From: a bacterium
GTDB lineage: Bacteria; UBA8248; JACPRG01; G963555815
Reading direction: 5' to 3'
DNA length: 64,000 nt
Assembly: GCA_965261595.1 (NCBI GenBank)
Contig: CBDHDG010000007.1
Coordinates: 64,001-128,000, forward strand
Positions 49,322 through 59,224 of this stretch are shown piece after piece. Numbering within the stretch: position 1 is the stretch's first letter; every line of letters begins with the position of its first letter. The translations under genes and the position numbers were made by a program. The notes below the pieces were generated by a model. The model saw only the letters and a list, made by a program, of their open reading frames with translations, did not search any database and was not told the DNA's origin.

Positions 49322-50500
49322 TCAGGCGACGGCCGTCTCTCCCCCCCCCTCCCCCTCCCCCTCCCCCTTCTTCCGGAAGTGGGGCATGACTTCCTTGGCG
49401 AAGATTTCCAGGTTCTTCAGCGTGAGGTCCTGGGGAAGGCTGCCGAAGTGGAGTAGCGCGACCAGGAGGCCGAGCCCCGTCTCTCTCTCGAACTCCTTCA
49501 GACGCTCGCGCACCGTCGCGCCGCTTCCGACAATCACCGTCCCGTTCTCATGAAGGGCGCGCACATCGAAGCGGTCCTTGTTCATGAGATCCCGCAGGGC
49601 GATCACCTTCGGCATGGATTGCTCGCTCAGGTAGCCCGGCGGGAAGAACTGTTGGAAGGGGCGCTTGAGAAGCCGGTTGAAGAGAAACTCCATGTGGGGC
49701 CCCGCCTCCTCCCAGGCCGCTTCGTCGGTCTCGGCGACGTAGATCGGCAGGGCGACGCCCATCTGGTCCGGCGGGGCCTCGTAGCCGAACTTCCGGGCCT
49801 GGACCTTGTACTCGCCCAGGATCCGCTTCACCGTCGTAAGGGGGCTGAACACCTGCATGTAGGGGTATCGCCGCTCCGCGGAGAAGGCGACCGTCTCCGG
49901 ACTGCCGGAGGACGGCATCCAGACGGGGGGGTGGGGCTTCTGATAGGGCCGGGGCCACGGGTTGACGTAGCGGAATTGGTAATGCCGGCCCTCGAAGGCG
50001 AAAGGCCCCGGCTCCGTCCACGCCCGCAGGATGAGATCGTGGGCTTCCAGGAACCGGTCCCGGGAGGTGGTCGGATCCATGCTGAAGGAGGTGTACTCGT
50101 CTCCGACGCCGCGGACGAAGCCGGAAATGATCCGGCCCTTGGTGATCACATCGAGCATCGCCACCTCCTCCGCCACCCGAAGGGGATGGTTCCGCAGACA
50201 GATGGCGTTGCCCAGGATCGCGATCTTGGCCCGTGACGTGCGCCGCGCCAGGGCCGCCGCCATGATGTTGGGCGAAGGCATCGTGCCGTAACAGGTCTGG
50301 TGATGCTCGTTGACGCAGATGCCGTCGTAGCCCAGCGCATCGGCCCGCTCGAACGTGTCCAGGTATTCGTGGTAAAGCCGGTGGCCCACTTCCGGGTCAT
50401 ACAGGGCGTTGGGGATGGTGGCCCACGAAGTTCCATGGGTCTCCAGGTAATCCTCCGGCAGGCCGGGATAGGGCATGAGGTGGAAAAAGTAGAACTGCAT
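49322..50500 (-). CDS. LLM-class flavin-dependent oxidoreductase
   Basis: GYDGICVNEHH, PLRVAEEVAMLD, GFVRG, PRPYQKPHPP, FAKEVMPHF. Confidence 0.93.
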   Translation of the reverse strand: MQFYFFHLMPYPGLPEDYLETHGTSWATIPNALYDPEVGHRLYHEYLDTFERADALGYDGICVNEHHQTCYGTMPSPNIMAAALARRTSRAKIAILGNAICLRNHPLRVAEEVAMLDVITKGRIISGFVRGVGDEYTSFSMDPTTSRDRFLEAHDLILRAWTEPGPFAFEGRHYQFRYVNPWPRPYQKPHPPVWMPSSGSPETVAFSAERRYPYMQVFSPLTTVKRILGEYKVQARKFGYEAPPDQMGVALPIYVAETDEAAWEEAGPHMEFLFNRLLKRPFQQFFPPGYLSEQSMPKVIALRDLMNKDRFDVRALHENGTVIVGSGATVRERLKEFERETGLGLLVALLHFGSLPQDLTLKNLEIFAKEVMPHFRKKGEGEGEGGGETAVA

Positions 50501-50547
50501 CGGAGGTCCCTCGGATTTGGAAAACGGCGGGGATCCGTGATGACCGC

Positions 50548-50733
50548 TCACAACGCGCAATGTGTCCCGTGCGCCGGAAGTATACGCCTGAAAGGACATG
50601 TCCGGAAAGGCGCGCTTGTGTTCCCCCCTTTCCGAAGGTGAACGTGGGAACCCGCCCGCCTGACCACCACCCATCCATCGCGCTCAAAGGCGCGAACCAC
50701 GCGCAACGACGCCAGATTATGCAACGCGACCAC
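50548..50733 (-). pseudogene. hicA: HicA-like toxin, C-terminus degenerate
   Basis: VVRAFERDGWVVVRRAGSHVHLRK matches HicA; the canonical VP.H...GTL part is absent. Confidence 0.7.
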
Positions 50734-51361
50734 GTGGGGACTGACCCTCCTCGATTTCAAGGCGGCCTTCGATGGCGTCGCCAATCATGAACAGGGCCTC
50801 TTCCACCGAGTCTCCCTGGGACACACAACCGGGTAGGGAAGGACACTCAACGATAAAACCGCCGTCCTCAAGGTCCGGCGCCAGGACCACATCGAATTCC
50901 CGCCGCTTGACCTTGACTTTGTACCCCGACCGTTGAGACAGGTTCCGGACGGATTCCCCGAGATCGGCAATCAGTCTATCCAAAGAGACGATGGTGAATA
51001 TGGGTTGCCCATGGTTCAATGCGTCCATGAGGACCTCCGGGTCCGGCGCCAGGACAAAGACGCCCACGCCGTCCGTGATGAACCTTAGCGTTCTTGGAGG
51101 TCCTTCGGCATCCGGCATGTTCTTCCGTAACCAGTTCAGACTTTTCCGGATTTTTTGCAGACTGAGCCCGGCGTCTCGGAGGGCCCGAACAACCCGGAGT
51201 TGAACCAGATTCTTAAATGAATAAAGACGGACCGAACCCCGTCCGGAGGCCCCTTGGACGGAAGGCTTTACAATGTGCGCCCGGTCCCAATAGTCGAGTT
51301 GACGCTGACTGAGCCCCACAAGCTCCCGTGCGGTTTTCGAGTTAAAGTTCACGGACTCCAT
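50717..51361 (-). CDS. MerR-family HTH fused to a C-terminal HicB domain
   Basis: GLSQRQLDYWDRAHIVKPS...RLYSF...GLSLQKIR, then EDGGFIVECPSLPGCVSQGDSVEEA. Confidence 0.85.
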   Translation of the reverse strand: MESVNFNSKTARELVGLSQRQLDYWDRAHIVKPSVQGASGRGSVRLYSFKNLVQLRVVRALRDAGLSLQKIRKSLNWLRKNMPDAEGPPRTLRFITDGVGVFVLAPDPEVLMDALNHGQPIFTIVSLDRLIADLGESVRNLSQRSGYKVKVKRREFDVVLAPDLEDGGFIVECPSLPGCVSQGDSVEEALFMIGDAIEGRLEIEEGQSPRGRVA

Positions 51362-51407
51362 TTTGCTTTTCCCTATAGGCGGATGGCGCGAGGAATACAT
51401 ATAGGTA

Positions 51408-51437
51408 TTTATAAAATCATTGGATGCAATATGTCAA
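51408..51437 (-). promoter_or_regulatory. Putative sigma-70 promoter of merR-hicB
   Basis: TTGACA-N18-TATAAA with a dyad ATTG-CATC-CAAT in the spacer. Confidence 0.45.
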
Positions 51438-51623
51438 AGGTTTTTCTCTCGCCGGCATTTCTCGCAAATGGACAGGGGTTTTGCCGAGACCGATAAATCG
51501 TTTTTCCGCAACCTGCTAAAACATCGTCAACGAATTGATCCATCGGGACATTCCTCCCGGCAATAAAAAAACGCACCCACCGAGATGGGCGCGCCTTGCG
51601 ATCTTCCGGGAAAAACGCGGGAA

Positions 51624-52964
51624 TCAGTTGGCCGAGGCCGCCGCCGGATTCACTTCCTCCCCATCCTCCTCGACGATCCACCGGACCGACTTGGAGCACG
51701 GGCAGGCCCCGCCTACGTGTTTCAGGACGGGCGACTTCTTGATGGCCTCCTCCGCCGGGATCTCTCCGGCCTCGACCTGACCCACGAGATCGAAATAGAA
51801 CTTGAACTCGAAGCCCGCCAGATAGGCATCGGGAAGGGTCCGGGCCAGATGGCGGCCGTATTCGGCCGCGTCGGTGAATTCCTCGCCGTCCACGCCGAAC
51901 ATCCCGAAGGCGCTGCCCCCCCGGCGGCGGTTGAACCGCCTCTCCGGCAGGTGGATCAAATCCTCCCAATGGATGCCCTGAGCGGTCTCCCGATATTTCA
52001 CGACCTTGTCCAGCAGGCTTTCCGCGCCGTCCGCCGGCAGGTCGGGCAGTTTCGCCCGGACGTAGCGCACGTTGAGGTCCCACACCAGTTTTTCGACCTC
52101 TTCGATATACCGGGCCTGGGCTTCGGCGTTGTTCAGATCTTTTAAGCCCATCCGGAGGTTGCGGCCGCCGCCTTTCTCATGGCCGAACATGTCGAGACCT
52201 AGGGGGAACCACTTGTAGACCACCTTTTGGAGGGCGGGCATGGTGGTGTAAATCGCTCCCTGCGCGGCCTGCGTCACCCAGCGGCGCAGGGGGACGACGC
52301 CCGCGGCCAGGTGGAACGCCTCCTCCTGGAGCATCGGCGGCATGCTCGCGGCGAACGGTTTATACGCGCAGACCTTCTGCATCGTGAGCTGGTACTTGCC
52401 GACCCGGTCGATGAGCGCGGCGAAGACGACGTTGTCCACGAAGGAATCGTACCGGACGTTGAAGGCCCCGAGGACGTGGGTCCCCGTCTCCATCGAGAGG
52501 ATCTCTTCGATGTACGCGTCGGCCTTTTTCTTCGAGACGCCGCTCCAGTCGTCGTCCACAAGGAGGGAGAACATCTGGTAACCGTGGCGCAGCTCTTCGG
52601 CCATGACGCGCAGGACCCAGAACCGGTCCTCGTCGCTCTGGGCGCGGGCCAGGGTCTCTTGGTGCTGCTGGATGGAGCCGAACTCCGTGCTGGCCTGCGC
52701 CCGGAGGATTTGCAGCAGGGCACCGGCCAACGGCTCGTCCATCTCGGCGGCTTTTTGGAATTTCGGCTTTCCCCGGCGGTCGCCCACGGTGATGGTGTCG
52801 GGGACGCCGGCGTCGCGGTAGGCGCAGAGGTCGAACTTGGGGTCCCGGGGAAAGTGCTTCTCCCAGTTGTTCAGGAGCAGGTCGTAATCCGGCAGGAACT
52901 TCTCTCTCCACCGAATGACCGCGTCATGATATTTTTTCGGCAGGGTTTGCTTCGGGAAATTCAT
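51624..52964 (-). CDS. BoxB/PaaA-like ferritin-fold diiron aryl-CoA epoxidase
   Basis: QASTEFGS, EELRH, VLGAFN, DRVGKYQL, EEAFH (two EExxH motifs). Confidence 0.8.
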   Translation of the reverse strand: MNFPKQTLPKKYHDAVIRWREKFLPDYDLLLNNWEKHFPRDPKFDLCAYRDAGVPDTITVGDRRGKPKFQKAAEMDEPLAGALLQILRAQASTEFGSIQQHQETLARAQSDEDRFWVLRVMAEELRHGYQMFSLLVDDDWSGVSKKKADAYIEEILSMETGTHVLGAFNVRYDSFVDNVVFAALIDRVGKYQLTMQKVCAYKPFAASMPPMLQEEAFHLAAGVVPLRRWVTQAAQGAIYTTMPALQKVVYKWFPLGLDMFGHEKGGGRNLRMGLKDLNNAEAQARYIEEVEKLVWDLNVRYVRAKLPDLPADGAESLLDKVVKYRETAQGIHWEDLIHLPERRFNRRRGGSAFGMFGVDGEEFTDAAEYGRHLARTLPDAYLAGFEFKFYFDLVGQVEAGEIPAEEAIKKSPVLKHVGGACPCSKSVRWIVEEDGEEVNPAAASAN

Positions 52965-53050
52965 ATCTAAAGTCCTTGGCCCCTCGGGCCGCCCTCGGCC
53001 CTCCCCCCCCCCCGCCTCCTCTTTCATGCCGGGGGGTGGTTTGCGCCAAC

Positions 53051-53512
53051 CTACGCGATGGATTTCTCCAGCGCCTGGATGGGTGAAGGAGCGAATCCCA
53101 GCGCCTGAAAGTACTTGATGATGTCCTCGCTCTGGGTGCTCACCAGCGTCCGGACGGTCTTGGCGCCGGCGGCCTTGAAGTGCTCGAACATCGCCTCGGC
53201 CAACCCCCGCCCAATGGACTGTCCCCGGCGGTCCGGGTCGATCCCCATGATCTCAATCCAGCCGGTCGGCTCTTCCAGCCCGAACTCTCCCGACCTGATC
53301 TCACCCAGCATGAAGCCCACGACGACGCCGCCGATCTCGGCCACCTGGGAGGTCTCCGGATTCCGGCGGATGTAGTAAATGGCCCTGCGCTCCCATTCCT
53401 CGGGTCTGTAGGTCCCCGTAATTTTTTCGTCGATCTTGGCCAAGCTGCCGATGTCCAACTCATCGAGGGGGCGGATTTTCACGGTCACAGTCGCTCCAGC
53501 CAATTCAGGCAC
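53051..53512 (-). CDS. GNAT-family acetyltransferase
   Basis: VVGFMLG, GIDPDRRGQSIG, YFQALGF. Confidence 0.88.
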   Translation of the reverse strand: MPELAGATVTVKIRPLDELDIGSLAKIDEKITGTYRPEEWERRAIYYIRRNPETSQVAEIGGVVVGFMLGEIRSGEFGLEEPTGWIEIMGIDPDRRGQSIGRGLAEAMFEHFKAAGAKTVRTLVSTQSEDIIKYFQALGFAPSPIQALEKSIA

Positions 53513-53585
53513 CCCCTCCGCTCGGTCCTAATTCCCTTGACGGATTCCCCAACCCACGGGCTCGTCTTTTTCACCTTGGGAGTGA

Positions 53586-53613
53586 ATCATATTACAGTAT
53601 TATCATATGTCAA
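53586..53613 (-). promoter_or_regulatory. Putative sigma-70 promoter of the GNAT-boxB-like unit
   Basis: TTGACA-N16-TATGAT in an AT-rich intergenic region. Confidence 0.5.
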
Positions 53614-53697
53614 TATTTACTTATGACCAAGCGGGAACAGATTTTTTCATTCCATCCGGAATCCCGGAGGTTTTTCCCTCCGCTTGACCTTCGCGAC

Positions 53698-56600
53698 CTA
53701 GCGCCGGGGCTGTTCCCGGACCCCCTCCGTCGGAGAGAGTCCCGCGGGGACGGCCTCTGATCTCGGCCGGGGGGGAATCTCTCCCTCCCTCGCCTCGTCC
53801 GACGCTGAAGAGACGTGCGCCCGCGCCAGGGTCCGGCGCTCGGACTCCTCCGCCTCAGTCCCGAACACCAGCCGGCGGAGGTAGGCGGCGATGTCGTCCA
53901 CAACCGCGTAGAGCGTGGGCGTCATGAAGAGCGTGATGAAGGTGGCGAACCCCAGGCCGGTCGCCACAACGATCCCCAGCGGCTTCATCATTTCCGATCC
54001 CTCGCCCATCCCGATGGCCAGCGGGAGAAGGGCGACGATGGTCGTCATCGAGGTCATCAGGATGGGACGGAGACGGAGACGGCCCGCCTCCCGGATGGCC
54101 TCCAGCTTTGGCAGGCCGTGGTCCCGCCGCTGCTGGACGATGTACTCGACGAGAAGGATCGCGTTGTTCACCACGATCCCCACCAGCAGGATGACCCCCA
54201 GCATGACGGTCGCCCCGATGGCGGTGTTCGTAAAGTACAACCCCAGAAGGCCGCCCATCAAGGCCATCGGAACGGTCAGGATGATCACCAGGGGGTTGGA
54301 GAGCGATTCGTACTGAACGGCCATCACCACGAACACCAGGAAAATGGCCAGGGCGCTCAGCAGGATCATCGTCCGGTTGTTCTCGGACATGGCCTCTTCC
54401 TCTCCGCCGGCCAGGATGCCGTAGCCGGGGGGCAGGTTCATCCCACGGATCACGGCGCGGATGTCTTTCGCCACATCGCCCAGGGGCCGGCCGTCGATGT
54501 CCGCCACAACCTGGAGGACGCGCGACTGGTCCTCCCGGCTGATGGCGGCCGGGCCCATCCCGGAGCCCACCTTCGCCACGTGGCGCAGCGGGATGATCTC
54601 GACGGACCTGGGGAAGAGGCTGAGGTTCTCAATGTCGCTCTGCGAGCCGATGAAGGCCCCCGCGTACCGGACCCGGACGTCCACCTGGCGGTCCCCCCGC
54701 GTAAGCTTGGTGGCAATCACCCCGTCCACGGCCGCCCGGACGGTGTTGCCCACCTCGGTCACCGTGAGCCCGAACTGGGCGGCCCGCTCGCGGTCCACGC
54801 GGACGCGGAACTCGGGCTCGGTGTCATCCAGGTTGCGGTCCACGTTCGTCACACCCGGCACGGTCTTCATGCGCTCGATCAGCTCGCGTCCGAGCTCGTT
54901 CAGGGTATCGAGGTCGTCGCCGCGGACACTGATGCCGATGTCCCGCCGGTGGTTCGCGTTGCCCACGTTCAACCCCCGGACCCGGGATTTGCGGATGAAG
55001 ATGCGCGCGTCGGGGATGCCCAGCGCGCGGACCTTCCGGTTGAGCTTCCTGACATAATCGAGGGTCTTGACTTCCGGGTCCACAGTCACGTCCACGTTGC
55101 CGATGGTGGCCTGGGTCCTCACACCCCGGCCGTAGAGCCGTCCGCCGGCGACCAGGAAGGTGGATCGGCTCTCCGGCATCTCGAGCGCCACGTCGCTCAG
55201 CTTGCGGATCACCTCGGTGTTTTCCTCCAGCGTCCGGCCCGGCGGGAACCGCACGTAAATCGTCGCCCGGTGGTCATCGACCGGCGGCAGGAGCTCTGTG
55301 CCGACCTGTCCATAGATCGGGATGATGGCCGTGAAACCGACGACAATCAGCCCGAGGACCAGGTAGCGAAATCGCAGGATTCCCCCGAGGGCCCGGGCGT
55401 ACAGGTTGGTGATCCATTCGATCAGCGCTTGGAAAATCCGGATGGGGAAGAAGCGCCCGATGCCGCTCGATCGGGGGATGCAGAGCAGCTTGGCCGAGAG
55501 CGTGGCGATCAGCGTCAGGGCCACCAGAAGGGAGATGACCATGGCGAAGGAGATCGTCAGGACCATCTCCCGGAACAGGAGCGCGGCGATCCCGGAAATG
55601 AACAGGAAGGGCACAATGGCCGCCAGGTTGGTCCCCGCGGAGGCCCACAGGGCGGACTCCACTTCTTTCGCGCCGGCGTGGGCGGATTCGATCGGGTCCC
55701 CGCTGCACTGCTGGTGGCGCGAGATGTTCTCGAGCATGACGATGCTGTTGTCCACAAGCATCCCCACCCCCAGCGCGAGTCCGCCCAGGCTGAAGATGTT
55801 CAGCGTCAGGCCGCTCAACTTCATCAGGAAGAACGTCACGGTCAGCGCGATGGGGATCGACAGGCCGACGATGAAGGTCCGGCGCAGGCTCCCCAGGAAG
55901 AAAAGGACCACCAGGATGGCCAGCCCCCCGCCGATGCCGATGGCGGTGGAGACGTCCCGGATCGAGTTCTTGATGAACCAGGATTGATCGAACATGATTT
56001 TCAACTGGGTGTCCGTTGGGAACAGGCCCTGGGTCCTGAGGGACGCGAGACGCTTGTGGACCCCTTTGGCCACGTCCACGGTGTTGGCGTCGGGCTGCTT
56101 CAGCAGAACGACCTTGATGGCCTCGTCGTTGTTGACCCAGGCGAAAATCCGCTGGCGCTCCCCGCCGTCTTCCACCCGCGCGAAGTCTCTCAGATAGACC
56201 TTCTTCCCCTGTGCGTTATGGAAGATGACATTCTCTAAGTCCTCGGGTTTGGATAGACGCCCCATGGTCCGGGTCAGGAATTCCGCCCCCCGGCCGATGA
56301 CGCGCCCTCCGCTCACCTCCCGGTTCTCATCATCCAGACGCTTGATCACATCGTTGATGTTGAGGCCCATCTGTTGGAGGCGGGGAAAGTCCACCAGGAC
56401 CTGAATCTCTTCCCGCTGTCCGCCCATGACCTCGACCGAGGCGACGCCGGGGACGATCAACAGGTCGCGGACGAGGATCTCGTCGGCCCACGTCCGAAGG
56501 GCCGTGCCCGTCAGCGTCTTGGAGGACAGGGAAAATTCCAGGATGGGAAGCTGGGCCGGATCGAACTTCCAGACCCGGGGCGGATCGATGTCGTCCGGAA

Positions 56601-56955
56601 GGCCCCGCCGCGCGAGACTCACCTTCGTGATGGTGTCCTGCACGGCCAAGTCGATGTTGCGGTCGAACCGGAAAAAGAGGTTGATGAAGGACCGGCCCTC
56701 GGAGCTGGACGAGTAGATCTTCCGGATGCCGTCCGTCGTCGCCAGCTCCCGTTCCAGAACCTTCGTCACCTCCTCCTCCATGACGGTCGGGTTCACGCCC
56801 GGATAACTCACGATGACAATGATGCGCGGGTAAATGATGCGGGGGAGAGAGTCTACCGGAAGGCTCCTGACGGAGGCCAGCCCCAGGACGATGACGCAGA
56901 GGGTGATCATCAGCGTCCCGATGGGTCGGCGGATGCTGATCCGGCTGAGCGACAT
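53698..56955 (-). CDS. RND efflux permease (AcrB/AcrD/AcrF family)
   Basis: SIRRPI, GMLVDNSIVMLENI, GIVVNNAILL, RLRPILMT. Confidence 0.95.
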   Translation of the reverse strand: MSLSRISIRRPIGTLMITLCVIVLGLASVRSLPVDSLPRIIYPRIIVIVSYPGVNPTVMEEEVTKVLERELATTDGIRKIYSSSSEGRSFINLFFRFDRNIDLAVQDTITKVSLARRGLPDDIDPPRVWKFDPAQLPILEFSLSSKTLTGTALRTWADEILVRDLLIVPGVASVEVMGGQREEIQVLVDFPRLQQMGLNINDVIKRLDDENREVSGGRVIGRGAEFLTRTMGRLSKPEDLENVIFHNAQGKKVYLRDFARVEDGGERQRIFAWVNNDEAIKVVLLKQPDANTVDVAKGVHKRLASLRTQGLFPTDTQLKIMFDQSWFIKNSIRDVSTAIGIGGGLAILVVLFFLGSLRRTFIVGLSIPIALTVTFFLMKLSGLTLNIFSLGGLALGVGMLVDNSIVMLENISRHQQCSGDPIESAHAGAKEVESALWASAGTNLAAIVPFLFISGIAALLFREMVLTISFAMVISLLVALTLIATLSAKLLCIPRSSGIGRFFPIRIFQALIEWITNLYARALGGILRFRYLVLGLIVVGFTAIIPIYGQVGTELLPPVDDHRATIYVRFPPGRTLEENTEVIRKLSDVALEMPESRSTFLVAGGRLYGRGVRTQATIGNVDVTVDPEVKTLDYVRKLNRKVRALGIPDARIFIRKSRVRGLNVGNANHRRDIGISVRGDDLDTLNELGRELIERMKTVPGVTNVDRNLDDTEPEFRVRVDRERAAQFGLTVTEVGNTVRAAVDGVIATKLTRGDRQVDVRVRYAGAFIGSQSDIENLSLFPRSVEIIPLRHVAKVGSGMGPAAISREDQSRVLQVVADIDGRPLGDVAKDIRAVIRGMNLPPGYGILAGGEEEAMSENNRTMILLSALAIFLVFVVMAVQYESLSNPLVIILTVPMALMGGLLGLYFTNTAIGATVMLGVILLVGIVVNNAILLVEYIVQQRRDHGLPKLEAIREAGRLRLRPILMTSMTTIVALLPLAIGMGEGSEMMKPLGIVVATGLGFATFITLFMTPTLYAVVDDIAAYLRRLVFGTEAEESERRTLARAHVSSASDEAREGEIPPRPRSEAVPAGLSPTEGVREQPRR

Positions 56956-56972
56956 GAGGGGGCGTCCTTATC

Positions 56973-58585
56973 TCACCGGGTGATCTTGATCGAGCTTCCG
57001 GGGCGAAGACGGTTTTGACCCTTGATGACGACAAGGTCCCCGGCCTTCAGGCCCGAGCGGACTTCGGCCCAGTCCCCGGCAACCTCTCCCGCGACGACCC
57101 TGCGGGACTCGGCGATGTGGCCCGGCCGGGACGGCCGGCCGCCTTGTTTCGCGTGCGCGGGACCTTTGCCGAAGCGCCCGCCGGACGGAACGGCCGACGG
57201 TTGAACCCCTTTCCGCTTCTGAAGGCCCGGAGGGGTTCCATTGGGGGACGCCGCGGCGGCGTCTTTCCTGTGCGGGCTTCCCGCCGGCTCCCCCCCCCCC
57301 TCCTGTTCACCCGTGCGCCTTGGGACGGCGATCCTTTGGGCGGCGATTTCTTGGCGACGAAGACCTCATGCCGCCCTCCCCGCACCCGGCGGACAAGGGC
57401 GGCCTTGGGGATGATCAGGCCCTCCCGGGGCGAGTGTGAAGTCAAGGTCAGGCGGGCAAGAAGACCCGCGGGAAGCGCGCCCCCCGGGTTGTCCAGCCCG
57501 ACCTCGATGGTGGCCTGCCTGGAGGCCGGATCCACCGCCGGGAAGACCCGAATCACCCGCCCGGGGAACTTCCGGCCCGGGTAGGCGTCGAACGTTACGG
57601 CCGTCCTTTGTCCGACCTTCACTTTGGAGAGATCCAGCTCGGAGATTTGCGTACGGATTTTCAGCCGATCGGTGTTCACCAGGGTGATCATGTGCGTGCC
57701 GACCCGGGCCAGGTCGCCGGGCTCGATGCGCCGCTCCGACACGATCCCGGCGATGGGGGAGACCGTCCGCGCGTGTTCCATCCGGACGCGCAGGAGGTTG
57801 GCGTTCACCCGGTCGCGGAGAAGCTCACTGCGGGCGCCGGCGATGTCCTCTTTACGGGCGCCCGCCCTTATCAGCCTGAGTTTCGCCCGGGCGGCCAGAA
57901 GGGCGGCCTTGCTCTCTTCAAGCTTGGCTTCCATCTCCGCCTGATCGGCCTCGGTCGATTTCGCCAGGGTCCTGGACGCCAAGCGCCGCTGGGGGCTGAC
58001 CACCCCTTGGCGGAACATCCTTTCGTACATGTCCGCGTCGGTCTTGGCTTCGTTCTTCTTGGCGCGGGAGGAATCCACCTCCGCCCGGACCCGGGCCGCG
58101 AGGGCCTTGGCCTGCGCCACCTGGGCGGCGACCTGGGCGATTTCCTCGGGCCGGTTTCCGGCCAGGAGCTTCGCCACCCGCGACCGGGCGGTCTGGACCT
58201 CAGCCTTGGCCAGCTCGAATTGGTGGCGCGAGATCGCGTCGTCCTGGAGGACGAGGACCTGCCCCTTTTCGACGCGATCGCCCTCGCGCACGTCCAGCCG
58301 GAGGACCTGACCCTCGGTGCGGGCCGAGAGCTTGATTACGGTTTCGGGGATGGCGGTTCCGGTGGCGATAATGGTGTATACGAGCCGGCCGCGCTTGACG
58401 GGCGCCACGCGCACGGCGATGGTCGAGCTTCGAAAGCGCCTGTGCGCCTTGCCCTTGGATTGGGGCTGCTCGCCCTTGCAGGACATCAGCGCCAGGGACA
58501 AGGCCAAAAAGAGGCCGAATCCCGTGCGTGTCCGCCGCCTGGGTTTCAAAAGGACGATCCCCTCCCCCTTCTCCCTCGCCTTCAT
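56973..58585 (-). pseudogene. RND periplasmic adaptor (MFP), frameshifted in a low-complexity 3' insert
   Basis: VREGDRVEKGQVL, SPIAGIVSER, VDPASR; terminal EVRSGLKAGDLVVIKGQ lies in another frame. Possibly a homopolymer error near 57290. Confidence 0.8.
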
Positions 58586-58615
58586 TCCGACATCAAAATC
58601 GATTATATGATTGTA

Positions 58616-59220
58616 CCCAGATATCCCATATGGATCATAACTTTTGTCGGACCGGAGAACATTTTCTGGAGTAAAATCAATGCATGAGCCTCCCCGAGCC
58701 ATCCTCTCGCGGGGTAATCCAATGGGTGAAGCGAAAAAGTGGGCGTTGAAGGTCCGTTTTGAGCGTCGGCTGAGGCTTGAGTTTCACGGAACCAGAATGA
58801 CTTCGGATGCGGGATTGCTGGCCTGCCGAGAGGGATCAAGCACTGGTCGTTACGCGGCCTTCAGCTTAAGCTCCTCAAAATGGGCGGCCGGCTCGTGCGG
58901 TACGCCCGCCACATCACCTTCCAGTTGGCCGAGGTCGGTGTATCCAGGAAGACATTTGCCCTTATCTTGGAGAGAATCAAGCGATGATGCCCGGTGCCTG
59001 TCTAGCGACCCTAAGCGGAGTCCACACAAGGGCAAAATGACGAAGACTCCAAACCTGGTGGTCAAGCCCGTTTACACGCCGGCGCTGACATGGTTTTCCA
59101 ATGGCGGATACCGCTCCGATCAGGGTTTCAGGCGCCCGAAATGGTGTTGACAGCCCCGGTAAAGAGGGCTCTAATTGAGTTAAAGAGCAACGGGTGGTCA
59201 ATACAAGAGTTGTCTTGATT
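58616..59220 (+). mobile_element. Internally deleted IS1380 derivative
   Basis: IRL CCCAGATATCCCATATGG; transposase start MGEAKK...LLACRE joined directly to C-terminal KHWSL...FQLAEV; own IRR missing. Confidence 0.8.
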
Positions 59221-59224
59221 TAAA

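Noticed and set aside
43682..56238. Long antisense or alternate-frame ORFs (e.g. 43682-46057, 53815-56238; also 4775-6643, 12647-13942)
   Set aside because: Shadow ORFs of well-supported genes in high-GC DNA, with no recognisable motifs.
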